Below are positions 1 to 9,592 of a stretch of 64,000 nucleotides of DNA, piece by piece (the first letter of the stretch is position 1; every line of letters starts with the position of its first letter). Under the pieces are notes generated by a model. That model searched no databases. It was not told the DNA's origin and saw only the letters and a list, made by a program, of their open reading frames with translations. The position numbers were made by a program, and so were the translations under genes. The DNA comes from an uncultured candidatus Porisulfidus sp. (GTDB taxonomy: Bacteria; Pseudomonadota; Gammaproteobacteria; Poriferisulfidales; Oxydemutatoraceae). Where the stretch lies: NCBI GenBank assembly GCA_965215125.1, contig OZ244052.1, forward strand, positions 1,664,001 through 1,728,000, in the 5' to 3' direction.

Positions 1-374
1 CCGGCAAAATCATCGTCGCTAAGCACCCAGTCGTCGATGACCATACCGTTTACATAACTTTGCGTCGTCGTAAAGTCTAAATCCCTAACCAACTCATAAC
101 CGTTACATCCGGTATCGGGACAACCTTCGGTAAGTGTTTCAGTCCCACGCCGTAGATTAGTGCCACTAAGATTATTCCGTATCGCATCCACATCGTTCAA
201 ATAACACAGCTCTATCAAACCGTCGTTATCGTCGTCTATGTCTACGGGGGTGTCGGGGTCGTTATCGATTTCGGCAGCGCAATCATCGATACTCTCGTTT
301 TGTGCGAAGACCGGTTGCACGGCGAGCAACCCCAAGCAGAGTAGTAGGCCGTATTTTCTAAAATTTACCTGCAT
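1..374 (-). CDS. Secreted GLUG-family surface protein, N-terminal part (runs off window start)
   Basis: Not in the ORF track. Manual translation from ATG 374: MQVNFRKYGLLLCLGLLAVQPVFAQ (signal peptide), then DIDDDNDGLIELCYLNDVDAIR...GCPDTGCNGYELVRDLDF, the same N-terminal module as the paralogs at 15172, 26788 and 62465. Confidence 0.85.
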   Translation of the reverse strand, partial: MQVNFRKYGLLLCLGLLAVQPVFAQNESIDDCAAEIDNDPDTPVDIDDDNDGLIELCYLNDVDAIRNNLSGTNLRRGTETLTEGCPDTGCNGYELVRDLDFTTTQSYVNGMVIDDWVLSDDDFA

Positions 375-451
375 TTACACAATTTGTTATCAGTACTCAA
401 GGGAATATCAAACCATTATATAGCAAATTATCTACTATAATAACCGACACT

Positions 452-1357
452 ATGCAGAATGTATTTCCGCAAAACATCATTGCAATCATTTGGGATTTCG
501 ACGAGACGATGACACCCGAACCTATGCAAAAGGTATTGTTTGACGCTTATGGTCAGGCAAGTCAAACTTTTTGGGACGAAGTCAATAGATTACCCGCCGA
601 ATACCAAACTAGAGGTTGCAACCAAGTATCCAACACACTGGTGTATCTAAATCACATTTTAGATTATGTGAAGGAGGATAAATTCAAGGATCTATCCAAT
701 GCGCGCCTCAAAGAGCTGGGCAAGGGTATCGAATTCTACTCGGGGTTGGTAGGCCTCTTAAAAAATCTCAAAAAGATAGTCAAAGAACCGCCTTATTCAA
801 ATTATCAGTTGAGCCTCGAACATTATGTGGTTAGCACCGGGCTTAAAAAACTGATTGAAGGCAGCGATGTGGCATCAAGCCTGACCGATATATGGGGTTG
901 TGAGTTTATCGAAAACGAGCGGGGTTGCATAGAGCGTGTTATTTATGTATTGGACGATACAACTAAAACACGGGCGATTTTTGAAATCAATAAAGGTGTG
1001 AATAAAGATAGCAATATTCAAGTCAACGACTCCATTAAAGAAGATCAACGTCGCGTGCCTATAGAACATATGATTTACATCGCCGACGGTCCCAGCGATG
1101 TGCCGGTATTTTCGGTCATCAATAAACACGGTGGTAGAACCTTAGGTGTCTACAATCCGAAAAGCGCAAAAAAATACAAGGACGCATTTCAGTTGCGCCG
1201 AGACGAGCGTATCGATAATATGGAGGAAGCCGATTATGGGGAAAATAAGCCTGCCGCCCGTTGGCTCGAGGCGACGGTTCGCGAAATTGCCGACTCGATC
1301 GTCAAAAAGCGGGAGCAAAAGCGAGAACAAAGCGTTTCTCCGGCACCCGGCTATTAA
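452..1357 (+). CDS. HAD-superfamily hydrolase
   Basis: N-terminal WDFDET (DxD motif I), VVSTG (motif II) and YIADGPSDVP (motif IV). Confidence 0.8.
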   Translation: MQNVFPQNIIAIIWDFDETMTPEPMQKVLFDAYGQASQTFWDEVNRLPAEYQTRGCNQVSNTLVYLNHILDYVKEDKFKDLSNARLKELGKGIEFYSGLVGLLKNLKKIVKEPPYSNYQLSLEHYVVSTGLKKLIEGSDVASSLTDIWGCEFIENERGCIERVIYVLDDTTKTRAIFEINKGVNKDSNIQVNDSIKEDQRRVPIEHMIYIADGPSDVPVFSVINKHGGRTLGVYNPKSAKKYKDAFQLRRDERIDNMEEADYGENKPAARWLEATVREIADSIVKKREQKREQSVSPAPGY

Positions 1358-1442
1358 GTAGCTATCCGCCTATGTATAATAAGCAAATGAATACACGGCA
1401 TATCCGTTTTGCCGTATTGACATCTGATATGAGGACAAGCTA

Positions 1443-2330
1443 ATGCAAAGAATATTTTTACTGGTAGGCACTAACCTAGCTATTTTATTCATTCTGAACA
1501 TCGTTTTACAGTTATTCGGTATAGGAGACTGGCTGAGTTCCAGCGGTAGTGATCTCAATGTTACCGGTTTGCTGGTCATCTCTTTCATCTTCGGTTTTGC
1601 CGGGTCGCTGATATCGCTTGCGTTGTCTAAAACCATCGCGAAACGTACGATGGGGGTGAAGATTATAGAGGAACCGAGCAACCGGAACGAGAAATGGTTG
1701 TTGGATACCGTTGCTGCCCAAGCCGAAAAAGCCGCTATCGGCATGCCCGAAGTCGGCATTTTTGATTCGTCTCAGCCCAATGCGTTTGCCACCGGCATGT
1801 CCCGCAACAATGCTTTGGTTGCGGTCAGTACGGGTTTGTTGATGAGTATGGATGCCGACGAAGTTGAGGCGGTACTCGGACACGAGGTCAGCCATGTTGC
1901 CAACGGCGATATGGTGACTTTGACTTTGATTCAAGGGGTGTTGAATACCTTCGTCATTTTTTTCTCTCGCATCATAGGGCATATCGTCGATAGGGTGATA
2001 CTCAGATCTAATAGTTATAGTTTCGGTTATTTTATGACCGTCCTGTTTGCACAGATGGTACTGGGTGTGCTGGCGAGTATCGTCGTTATGTGGTTCTCTC
2101 GACGTCGAGAATTTCGCGCCGATTACGGGGGTGCCGAACTGGCAGGTAGAGATAAGATGATCGCAGCGTTGAAACGACTAAAATTAAAGAGCGAGGCGAA
2201 AGACTTGCCCAAGGAGATGGCAGCTTTCGGTATTTCCGGAAGTGTAGGCGGCTCCCTAGCTCGTCGTTTGTTCAGTAGCCATCCACCGATAGAAGATAGA
2301 ATTTCTGCATTAGAAAACACCGAGCTATAG
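1443..2330 (+). CDS. htpX: Zinc metalloprotease HtpX (M48)
   Basis: Two N-terminal TM helices, PNAFATG, HEVSH zinc motif, FSRRREFRAD, SHPP. Confidence 0.97.
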   Translation: MQRIFLLVGTNLAILFILNIVLQLFGIGDWLSSSGSDLNVTGLLVISFIFGFAGSLISLALSKTIAKRTMGVKIIEEPSNRNEKWLLDTVAAQAEKAAIGMPEVGIFDSSQPNAFATGMSRNNALVAVSTGLLMSMDADEVEAVLGHEVSHVANGDMVTLTLIQGVLNTFVIFFSRIIGHIVDRVILRSNSYSFGYFMTVLFAQMVLGVLASIVVMWFSRRREFRADYGGAELAGRDKMIAALKRLKLKSEAKDLPKEMAAFGISGSVGGSLARRLFSSHPPIEDRISALENTEL

Positions 2331-2346
2331 ACCGACAATAGGTAGC

Positions 2347-3837
2347 GTGACTAGCCCGCACAAGCTCAAAGCCTTGCTACTTGGGCCGGTGTTGGCTGCG
2401 ATTGTATACTTGTTATTGCCCGAAACCTATAGTGATGTAAATGGTGTACAAACGGTTTTTACCGATCCTGCCAAAGTCATCATTGCACTTGCGATATGGA
2501 TGATCGTATGGTGGGTTTTTGAAGCGGTACATATCGCCGTTGTCGGTCTACTCCCCTTATTATTATTCCCGTTATTAACGCCCAGCGGGATCAAAACCGT
2601 TGCCCAGGCCTATAGCTCTCCGGTAATTTTCTTACTGATAGGCGGATTTTTGATCGGCTTATCGCTGCAACGATGGCATGTAGATAAGCGAATTGCTTTG
2701 TTGATTTTATCAAATATAGGTAGCCAGCCTAGAATCTTGATTTTGGGGTTTATGCTGTTATGCGTGGTGTTGAGTGCATTTATTTCAAATTCGGCAACTG
2801 CTGCGATGATGGTACCTATTGCGTTGACCGTTATTGCATTGCTGGAGAAGCGACACCCGGTGGGAGGCGACAATTCGCAGCGCAATTTTTCTATCGGTTT
2901 GATGCTGAGTATCGCTTATGCTTGTAATATCGGCGGTATCTCCACAATCGTGGGAACGCCACCGAATACTTTTGTCGTCGGTTTCGCAGACGATATGCTA
3001 GGCTATGAAATCTCTTTTGTCGACTGGAGCATTGCGGTATTGCCGGTGGTCTTGATTATGCTACCGCTAACTTGGCTATTATTGACCTATTTTATTTTTC
3101 CGGTTTCCGATCGGGCGATCGCCGGTAGCCGAGAATTGCTATACGAACAATATACACGGTTGCCGCCGCTCGCTCGCGGCGGCAAAATCACGCTGGTGGT
3201 CTTTGCATTGACTATCACTTTGTGGCTCGGCAGAACGCATATACAGGCACTGAGTTTTGACACCGAATCGGGCATCATCAAACCCTTCGCAGGCTTATCC
3301 GATGCCGGCATCGCACTGCTTGCGGCAATCCTGTTATTCGTTTTACCCGCCGGCAAAGGACAGCCGACTCTGGATTGGGATACCGCTAAGAAATTACCTT
3401 GGCATATCATTTTTCTATTCGGGGGGGGATTGGCATTGGCACACGCAATCAAAACCTATGAAGTAGATGTGATTATCGGGGGACAGCTTACCGGGTTGGT
3501 CGGATTGCCGGATATTGTAATTATGTTCACGATCGTCGCCTTGGTCGTTTTATTGACCGAGGTTACTTCCAATACCGCAACGACTGCGACCTTAGCACCG
3601 ATTATTTCTACCTTAGCCGTTACTTTAGGCATAGATCCGATATTGGCGATTACCGCGACTGCAGTCGGTGCCAGTTGCGCTTTTATGATGCCGATTGCGA
3701 CGCTACCTAATGCGATTGTGCTCGGGTCGGGTTATCTAAAAATTAAAGACATGGTCAAAGCCGGATTGGTTATCAACCTGTTCGCTATGGTTGTGGTCAC
3801 CCTGGTGATGTATTTTTGGAGCGACGGAATGTTATAA
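2347..3837 (+). CDS. DASS/SLC13 family sodium-coupled anion (dicarboxylate/sulfate) symporter
   Basis: Polytopic membrane protein with SNSAT and SNTAT hairpin motifs, GTPPN, and AFMMPIATLPNAI. Confidence 0.92.
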   Translation: MTSPHKLKALLLGPVLAAIVYLLLPETYSDVNGVQTVFTDPAKVIIALAIWMIVWWVFEAVHIAVVGLLPLLLFPLLTPSGIKTVAQAYSSPVIFLLIGGFLIGLSLQRWHVDKRIALLILSNIGSQPRILILGFMLLCVVLSAFISNSATAAMMVPIALTVIALLEKRHPVGGDNSQRNFSIGLMLSIAYACNIGGISTIVGTPPNTFVVGFADDMLGYEISFVDWSIAVLPVVLIMLPLTWLLLTYFIFPVSDRAIAGSRELLYEQYTRLPPLARGGKITLVVFALTITLWLGRTHIQALSFDTESGIIKPFAGLSDAGIALLAAILLFVLPAGKGQPTLDWDTAKKLPWHIIFLFGGGLALAHAIKTYEVDVIIGGQLTGLVGLPDIVIMFTIVALVVLLTEVTSNTATTATLAPIISTLAVTLGIDPILAITATAVGASCAFMMPIATLPNAIVLGSGYLKIKDMVKAGLVINLFAMVVVTLVMYFWSDGML

Positions 3838-3850
3838 ACCTCACCATGCG

Positions 3851-3870
3851 TATTCCCCTCCTTCGGAGAG
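3851..3870. repeat. Truncated copy of the ATTCCCCTCCTTCGGAGGGG hairpin repeat module
   Basis: tattcccctccttcggagag matches the start of the copy at about 8734; lies between convergent genes. Confidence 0.5.
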
Positions 3871-3883
3871 TAATAATAGGTTT

Positions 3884-4885
3884 TTACGGGTAGCTGATAA
3901 GTGTTTTAGAGGCTTCGCCGGGATATTCTTTAACCAGTTTGGGCACTAAATAGCCGGGTAATTCGGCATTGAGTTGCTTCATTATTCCAAGTGCTTCGGC
4001 TTCGGGTACTCTGAAGTGGGCGGTGCCGCTGACCGCGTCCAATAAATGCAGATAATAGGGTAAAACGCCCACCTCAAAACATCGTGTGCTTAATCGTTTC
4101 AATATCGCAGATTGATCGTTAACACCGTGCAATAGTACTGCCTGGTTGAGCAGACACAAATGGCGTAGCTTTGTCGTTGCTATTTCCACTTCTTTGTTTA
4201 TCTCGTTCGGATGGTTGATGTGAAAAACAATCACATAATGTTTAGGGCGCGACGCCAACCATGCCGATAGTTCATCATCTATGCGTGCCGGTAGAACAAT
4301 AGCTAAGCGTGTGTGTATGCGTATCCTACTAAGATGCGGGATGTTTTCTAATCGTTCGCAAAGCGTAAACAACTTGTTATTGCTATAACTCAGTGGGTCG
4401 CCGCCGCTCAATATCACTTCGTCTATTTCCGGTGCTTGCATCAGATAGTCGTATATCGCTTCTAGATTATTCCCCGAGATATTTTGGTCATAAGGAAAAT
4501 TTTTGCGAAAACAATAACGACAATGAATTCCGCATGCAGCCGATATAATCAACAGAACGCGTCCACGATATTTATGAATTAATCCTGCTAATCGGCGAGC
4601 TTGTAGATCTCCTACCGGGTCGTCGGTTTCACCTTCCACTGATACATGTTCGCGTTCCAAAGCCAACACCTGACGCAACAAGGGGTCGTCGGCTTGACCT
4701 TTATTGATGCGTGATAAATAGCTTTGCGGCACTTTCAGCGGAAATCTAGGGTTGTAGTCAACCCCCATTTCCCTAGCTTGCGTCGGTGTGATTTCCAATG
4801 CCTCAAGCAGCGCGGCGGTGTCCGTAATGGCATTGCTTAGCTGTTGTTGCCAGTTGGGCGGCGGTTGATTACGAGTATCATTCAT
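3884..4885 (-). CDS. epmB: EF-P beta-lysylation protein EpmB (lysine 2,3-aminomutase, radical SAM)
   Basis: CGIHCRYCFR radical-SAM motif, HKY, LSGGDPL, PYYLHLLD; close to efp and epmA. Confidence 0.95.
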   Translation of the reverse strand: MNDTRNQPPPNWQQQLSNAITDTAALLEALEITPTQAREMGVDYNPRFPLKVPQSYLSRINKGQADDPLLRQVLALEREHVSVEGETDDPVGDLQARRLAGLIHKYRGRVLLIISAACGIHCRYCFRKNFPYDQNISGNNLEAIYDYLMQAPEIDEVILSGGDPLSYSNNKLFTLCERLENIPHLSRIRIHTRLAIVLPARIDDELSAWLASRPKHYVIVFHINHPNEINKEVEIATTKLRHLCLLNQAVLLHGVNDQSAILKRLSTRCFEVGVLPYYLHLLDAVSGTAHFRVPEAEALGIMKQLNAELPGYLVPKLVKEYPGEASKTLISYP

Positions 4886-4987
4886 TTATAAAGTAGGTCT
4901 TGTATTATCGGTATTTAGTATATAATGTGTTCATATATTGTTTAACAAACTTGTTAACCGAGTTTGGATCATAAAAAGGGGGGGATA

Positions 4988-7924
4988 ATGAAAAAGCACT
5001 ATCAATTTGGCACATACTTGCCTATCTGCTTAATATCATTGCTGAGATTGGTAATATTTATTTTCTTGGTCTTATGTACGCAAACGATTCCTGCACAATC
5101 AAAATGCGAGAAGGACGACAACGGGATTCTATTATGCGATTTGTCAATTTCGCTAATAGAAGAAATACCTACGACTAATCCGAAAGTAGTAATAGAAAGG
5201 GCGTGGCAACCGACACTTGCCGAGCGTAACAACATTGAAAGACAACTTTGGGACTTTAGAGAAACTTGGTGCAAGACGACTTTAGGAAAATCAAGAATAC
5301 GCGATATTTCCGTTTTAAGGGGATATAAAAAATCCTCCTCGGATGTTGCACTCTATAAGCGCAGGGGACGTTCTTATTCCTATGTCGGAGCCTTTGCCGG
5401 GTTGAAGCCCAGCATCGTCGCATATTACGGCAGTTACTATGAACATGACGAATTCGATCGGTTCTTGGGTAGGGTTCTTGTGCATGAATTGTCCCATGCC
5501 GTGTTGAAAGTTTATGACGAATATAGAGAATTCGGTGCAACCTCGGCGCAATTTTGTGGAGATCCCTTGCAAAGCGACAGTCCTCGTCAGACGATGATGA
5601 ACGACCATAGGCGTTATACTAGATATAGTCATCCCGACGATTATCCGGGCATACCGACTCCTGCTACTGCGCAACATAGGTGCTACGGTAAGTCGGCGTG
5701 GGAAGTTTTGCTTCAACCCGAAAGATGCGATAGCAATTTATCCTTAGAAGTAAATGCGTGGTTTCCCAGACGGGATTATTTTGCCGAAACCGAGACTTGT
5801 GCGCCTTCTGATGTTCCCTCTATAGATACACTGCTACATCCCGATGTGGAGTCTGCCGTAAGCGCGTGTGTAGATATGACACGATCGGAGTCGAATATAA
5901 AATTTCTCTCGGGTTCCGAGAATGTTGTTATGGTGATTGATTCCGGTATTGATGAAACCGATAAAAAAATGGTAAGAGAGATATTGAGAAATACGATTTC
6001 TCTTCTTGTTCGAAATGTAGATATAGATGACATATTGAATCAAAATTTAGTTAGAGATCAAGACGCAGTCGAAAAGAGGCTTGCGTTGCTCGATTTTAAC
6101 GACACCGAGATATTCGGCTTAAAAGAAGTCAAGCAAAATCAACAAGTTTTGGAACAGCAACTTATTAATATATTGGCAAATAATCCTCAAACTCGAGGCA
6201 CCATAGACCAAAATTTGAGCTCCCTCAGGACAATTTTTAGTGACGACTCGAATATGATTATGGACGACCATAATGTCGTCATAATGATTTCCGATACCCC
6301 TACATCACCTTCGGCTTCTGCGCTCACCTTTTTCAAGGAAAAAGGTATTCCCATAAATGCGATAGCGATAGGCGAGCGATTCAACTTCGGTTTGAACAGG
6401 CTGGCGGCCGAGACCGGCGGCGATTACTATACGATAAACCCGGCACGGCATCGTGAGGTTCTTAGTCATGCGGTCGCGAACAGTTCCCCTTCCGGTGGTT
6501 TGTCCAACATAACAGATCTATCTAACAAAACTATTACACTTGACGGCCCTGCCCGGGAAGTTGAATTTGTGCCCGAAGGCACTGATTTGGTAATCATTAG
6601 TGTGGATGTAGAAGATGGTAATTTAGACGATGTCATTGTTATACCACCGACGGGCTCTGCTCCTGTTAGCCGGACTATGTCGCCGCAAAGAAGGTTCTTT
6701 GTTAGCTCTAATTCTTCGTCGGGTCAGTGGGAAGTTGTTATTACAGGTACGGGAAACCTCCTTTACAAATTTTCGATTCTAAATAATCTTTCTTTGAATA
6801 TTAATTCGGGCACGGAGATTGCTCCTAGGCCCACTGCAAATCGTACACCATGCTATGAGCTATCCGATCCGGTTCAAATTGCAATGTGTGTCTATCAACA
6901 AGTATGCCACGAAGACATTGGATTCGACGAATGTCCAAGTCAGCTTTTGGGAAACATGTCTAATCCTTCACCGATGCTTTTCGATTCGGATATCAATAAG
7001 CTGGTTTCATTACCGGTAATATATCCTGCTCCGGTAATGGTTAGAGCGCGTGTTCACGGCCGTCTACCGGTGCTTGGTGCAGATGTAGATGCCGAAGTTA
7101 CGACGCCCGACGACGATGCCATGCCTATAAAACTTAGTCTTTCGGACGACGGTAAGGCACCTGATCTCAGAGCCGGAGACGGTATATACTCGGGAATCTT
7201 AAAGGATTATTCTAGATACGGTAGCGGTGTATATTCGATTAAAGTGACTGCAAGCAATCCGGACGGCGAAGCGGTATTTGACGACACCGGCATTGCCACC
7301 TTCGGAACCAATCCACCGGAGCCTCCGCGCTCGGCACCACCGTTTGAGGTCGCCTCGTATCATCAGACCGAAGTCATAGTGCCTACACCCGACTCTGCCG
7401 ATGAGAGTCCGGCACGATTCCTTACAACCGACGGCATATTACATTGGGGGGTTATAGAAAGACCCGGGCATACAAATCGGTACAATTTTGTGGCAGACCG
7501 TACAGGTGTGCATTATATACAAACCAGTAATCTACTGAGCTACGACGAAGATATCGCGATGGCAACCCGTGTTCAATTATATGAATCGGCTTCGGAACAA
7601 AGCGATCTCTCATATCTGACGGAAAATGCAGCATACAAGGGAACAAATGTTTCTCATATTGCATATACATTGGATGAAGGTAAAAGCTATACGGTGGCGG
7701 TGAACCATGCAAATGATAACGGCAGGGGTGTCTATGGTCTTACGGTGAGCAGTGCTAATGACCTTTTATTCGCTCACGAGCTTAGCAGAGCAACAAACAG
7801 CGGCGGTGGCGTTGGCGTTGGCGGAGGAGGCGGGGGCATTGTGAGTCCCTTGCTGTTGATACTTCTGATAATCGCTTTCGTTATTCTCTACCGCCGGAAA
7901 AAGTATTATCAAAATGCTTATTAG
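4988..7924 (+). CDS. CLCA-like secreted zinc metalloprotease / vWA protein with C-terminal GlyGly-CTERM anchor
   Basis: Signal or TM N-terminus; HELSHAVLKVYDEY resembles CLCA HExxHxxxGxxDEY; vWA features (VIMISD, INAIAIG, LAAETGG); LSDDGKAPDLRAGDGIYSG; C-terminal Gly-rich linker, TM helix and RRKK. ATG 4988 follows aaggggggga. Confidence 0.75.
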   Translation: MKKHYQFGTYLPICLISLLRLVIFIFLVLCTQTIPAQSKCEKDDNGILLCDLSISLIEEIPTTNPKVVIERAWQPTLAERNNIERQLWDFRETWCKTTLGKSRIRDISVLRGYKKSSSDVALYKRRGRSYSYVGAFAGLKPSIVAYYGSYYEHDEFDRFLGRVLVHELSHAVLKVYDEYREFGATSAQFCGDPLQSDSPRQTMMNDHRRYTRYSHPDDYPGIPTPATAQHRCYGKSAWEVLLQPERCDSNLSLEVNAWFPRRDYFAETETCAPSDVPSIDTLLHPDVESAVSACVDMTRSESNIKFLSGSENVVMVIDSGIDETDKKMVREILRNTISLLVRNVDIDDILNQNLVRDQDAVEKRLALLDFNDTEIFGLKEVKQNQQVLEQQLINILANNPQTRGTIDQNLSSLRTIFSDDSNMIMDDHNVVIMISDTPTSPSASALTFFKEKGIPINAIAIGERFNFGLNRLAAETGGDYYTINPARHREVLSHAVANSSPSGGLSNITDLSNKTITLDGPAREVEFVPEGTDLVIISVDVEDGNLDDVIVIPPTGSAPVSRTMSPQRRFFVSSNSSSGQWEVVITGTGNLLYKFSILNNLSLNINSGTEIAPRPTANRTPCYELSDPVQIAMCVYQQVCHEDIGFDECPSQLLGNMSNPSPMLFDSDINKLVSLPVIYPAPVMVRARVHGRLPVLGADVDAEVTTPDDDAMPIKLSLSDDGKAPDLRAGDGIYSGILKDYSRYGSGVYSIKVTASNPDGEAVFDDTGIATFGTNPPEPPRSAPPFEVASYHQTEVIVPTPDSADESPARFLTTDGILHWGVIERPGHTNRYNFVADRTGVHYIQTSNLLSYDEDIAMATRVQLYESASEQSDLSYLTENAAYKGTNVSHIAYTLDEGKSYTVAVNHANDNGRGVYGLTVSSANDLLFAHELSRATNSGGGVGVGGGGGGIVSPLLLILLIIAFVILYRRKKYYQNAY

Positions 7925-8714
7925 GCATTTCGGTTTCCTTTTATTCGCCGTTTGGGCTTCGGCAAGCGGTATAGCTTATGCCGATTTTGTCATCTCCTTA
8001 CAGCAGATACCGGAATGGGCTCCGGGGCGTGCTTTGGAAATTCGCCACATTACCATTAACGGCAAGGGTGCGGGAGAGGTCGTGGTGGTAAGCGAGGATG
8101 GGGAGCAATCTAGGGTGATGCAAATGTCACTGTTTGAATACGATGCCGATAATTTTGCACATTGGGTGAACGAATATCAAAAATACAAAGATTTTTACGG
8201 CGACGACGAGGACAGCGATGGTCGCCTCGTGGAAGGCAACCCTAAAACCGTAGCACTTTCTTTTTTTAACGATGGACGACTGATGAAATCCATAGCACTA
8301 AGCGATACGCTTGCGTATAGCGATAACTCCGACGAGCGATTTGGCCTACCCGAGGCTCTAATCGCACTTAGAGATCGATTACTGGCTTATGCCGAGCAAG
8401 CGAAATCTCAGCCTGCGGCGAGTTATTATGCGACTGTTGTTCCCTATAGCGAGAATCAAAAATACTGGTTATTGAGGTCCACGAAGTTGGAATCTATACC
8501 GGTAATTATTGATACGATCGATGAAAAAGATAAAGTATTTTTGAATGAGCTTGTCGGGGGCGCACCTGCTTTTTTGCCGTTGGGAGAGGAACGCTTTTTA
8601 AGGCTTACGAGAAATCTGGGATTTTCCGAGAATCAGTTTAGAGGAGTTTTTAGAATATCAGAGAGATCCGATGCGATCGTCGAAATTAGGTTTGTGAAAT
8701 CCGAGGCACCGTAA
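7914..8714 (+). CDS. Hypothetical secreted protein overlapping the end of the CLCA-like gene
   Basis: 266-aa ORF with a Sec-type signal peptide (…SGIAYA|D); 11-bp overlap with the upstream gene. Confidence 0.75.
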   Translation: MLIRHFGFLLFAVWASASGIAYADFVISLQQIPEWAPGRALEIRHITINGKGAGEVVVVSEDGEQSRVMQMSLFEYDADNFAHWVNEYQKYKDFYGDDEDSDGRLVEGNPKTVALSFFNDGRLMKSIALSDTLAYSDNSDERFGLPEALIALRDRLLAYAEQAKSQPAASYYATVVPYSENQKYWLLRSTKLESIPVIIDTIDEKDKVFLNELVGGAPAFLPLGEERFLRLTRNLGFSENQFRGVFRISERSDAIVEIRFVKSEAP

Positions 8715-8729
8715 AACCGGCCGTGCGTC

Positions 8730-8940
8730 CCGATATTCCCCTCCTTCGGAGGGGTGGCAGGCGCAATAGAACCGCCGATTGAGCCGGTAGGTCAATCGGC
8801 GTAACGTTGTGCAGAATCTTAGTACATATTACAAAATGTAAAACCTTTTCATGGGGTGGTCCATTCCCCTTCCATCGGCGGTTCTGTTTCTACACAAAGT
8901 TATGCCACTTGTGCTAGTGCAAAAAGTTGCGGTTCTACCT
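8730..8940. repeat. Mosaic intergenic MITE/REP-like repeat
   Basis: Contains attcccctccttcggagggg, the GCCGATTGA-N9-TCAATCGGC palindrome (8774-8800), and gccacttgtgcta (the reverse complement of the element end at 20405). Confidence 0.85.
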
Positions 8941-8984
8941 GTATAATAGCGACTTTATCTTTACAAACCGACTTTCAAAACAGC

Positions 8985-9554
8985 ATGGCAACTTACGGCA
9001 CAAATGAATTCAAGAGTGGATTAAAAATTTTACTCAACGGAGAACCGCACACGATTGTAGAAAATGAATTTGTCAAACCCGGTAAAGGACAGGCATTCAA
9101 CCGAACCAAGCTAAAAAATTTGATTTCCGGAAAACTGATAGACAAAACTTTCAAATCGGGTGAGAGTGTGGAGGCAGCGGACGTAGTTGATCTAAAAATG
9201 AATTATTTATACAACGACGGGCAACAGTGGCACTTCATGGATAGCGATAGTTATGAACAATACGCCGCCTCGCACAGCACGGTTGAATACGCAAAACAAT
9301 GGATTAAAGAACAGGATATATGCGAAGTAACCTTATACAACAAACAACCCATCTTGGTGGTGCCGCCCAATTTTGTTGAACTCAAGGTGATAGAAACCGA
9401 GCCGGGCATTCGCGGCGATACGGTCAGCGGTGCGACCAAACAGGCGACATTGGAAACTCAGGCGGTAATCAAAGTTCCTTTGTTCGTAGAAGAGGGTGAT
9501 ATTTTGAAAATAGATACCCGGAGCGGGGAATACATCGGCCGTATAAAAGACTAA
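8985..9554 (+). CDS. efp: Elongation factor P
   Basis: MATYGTNEFKSGLK…VKPGKGQAF (modified Lys in PGKG), VPLFV, DTRSGEY. True start is ATG 8985; the ORF-track extension lies in the repeat. Confidence 0.98.
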   Translation: MATYGTNEFKSGLKILLNGEPHTIVENEFVKPGKGQAFNRTKLKNLISGKLIDKTFKSGESVEAADVVDLKMNYLYNDGQQWHFMDSDSYEQYAASHSTVEYAKQWIKEQDICEVTLYNKQPILVVPPNFVELKVIETEPGIRGDTVSGATKQATLETQAVIKVPLFVEEGDILKIDTRSGEYIGRIKD

Positions 9555-9592
9555 GGCGCGATGGGCAAACCTTTCTCGCAGTACCGATTTTT

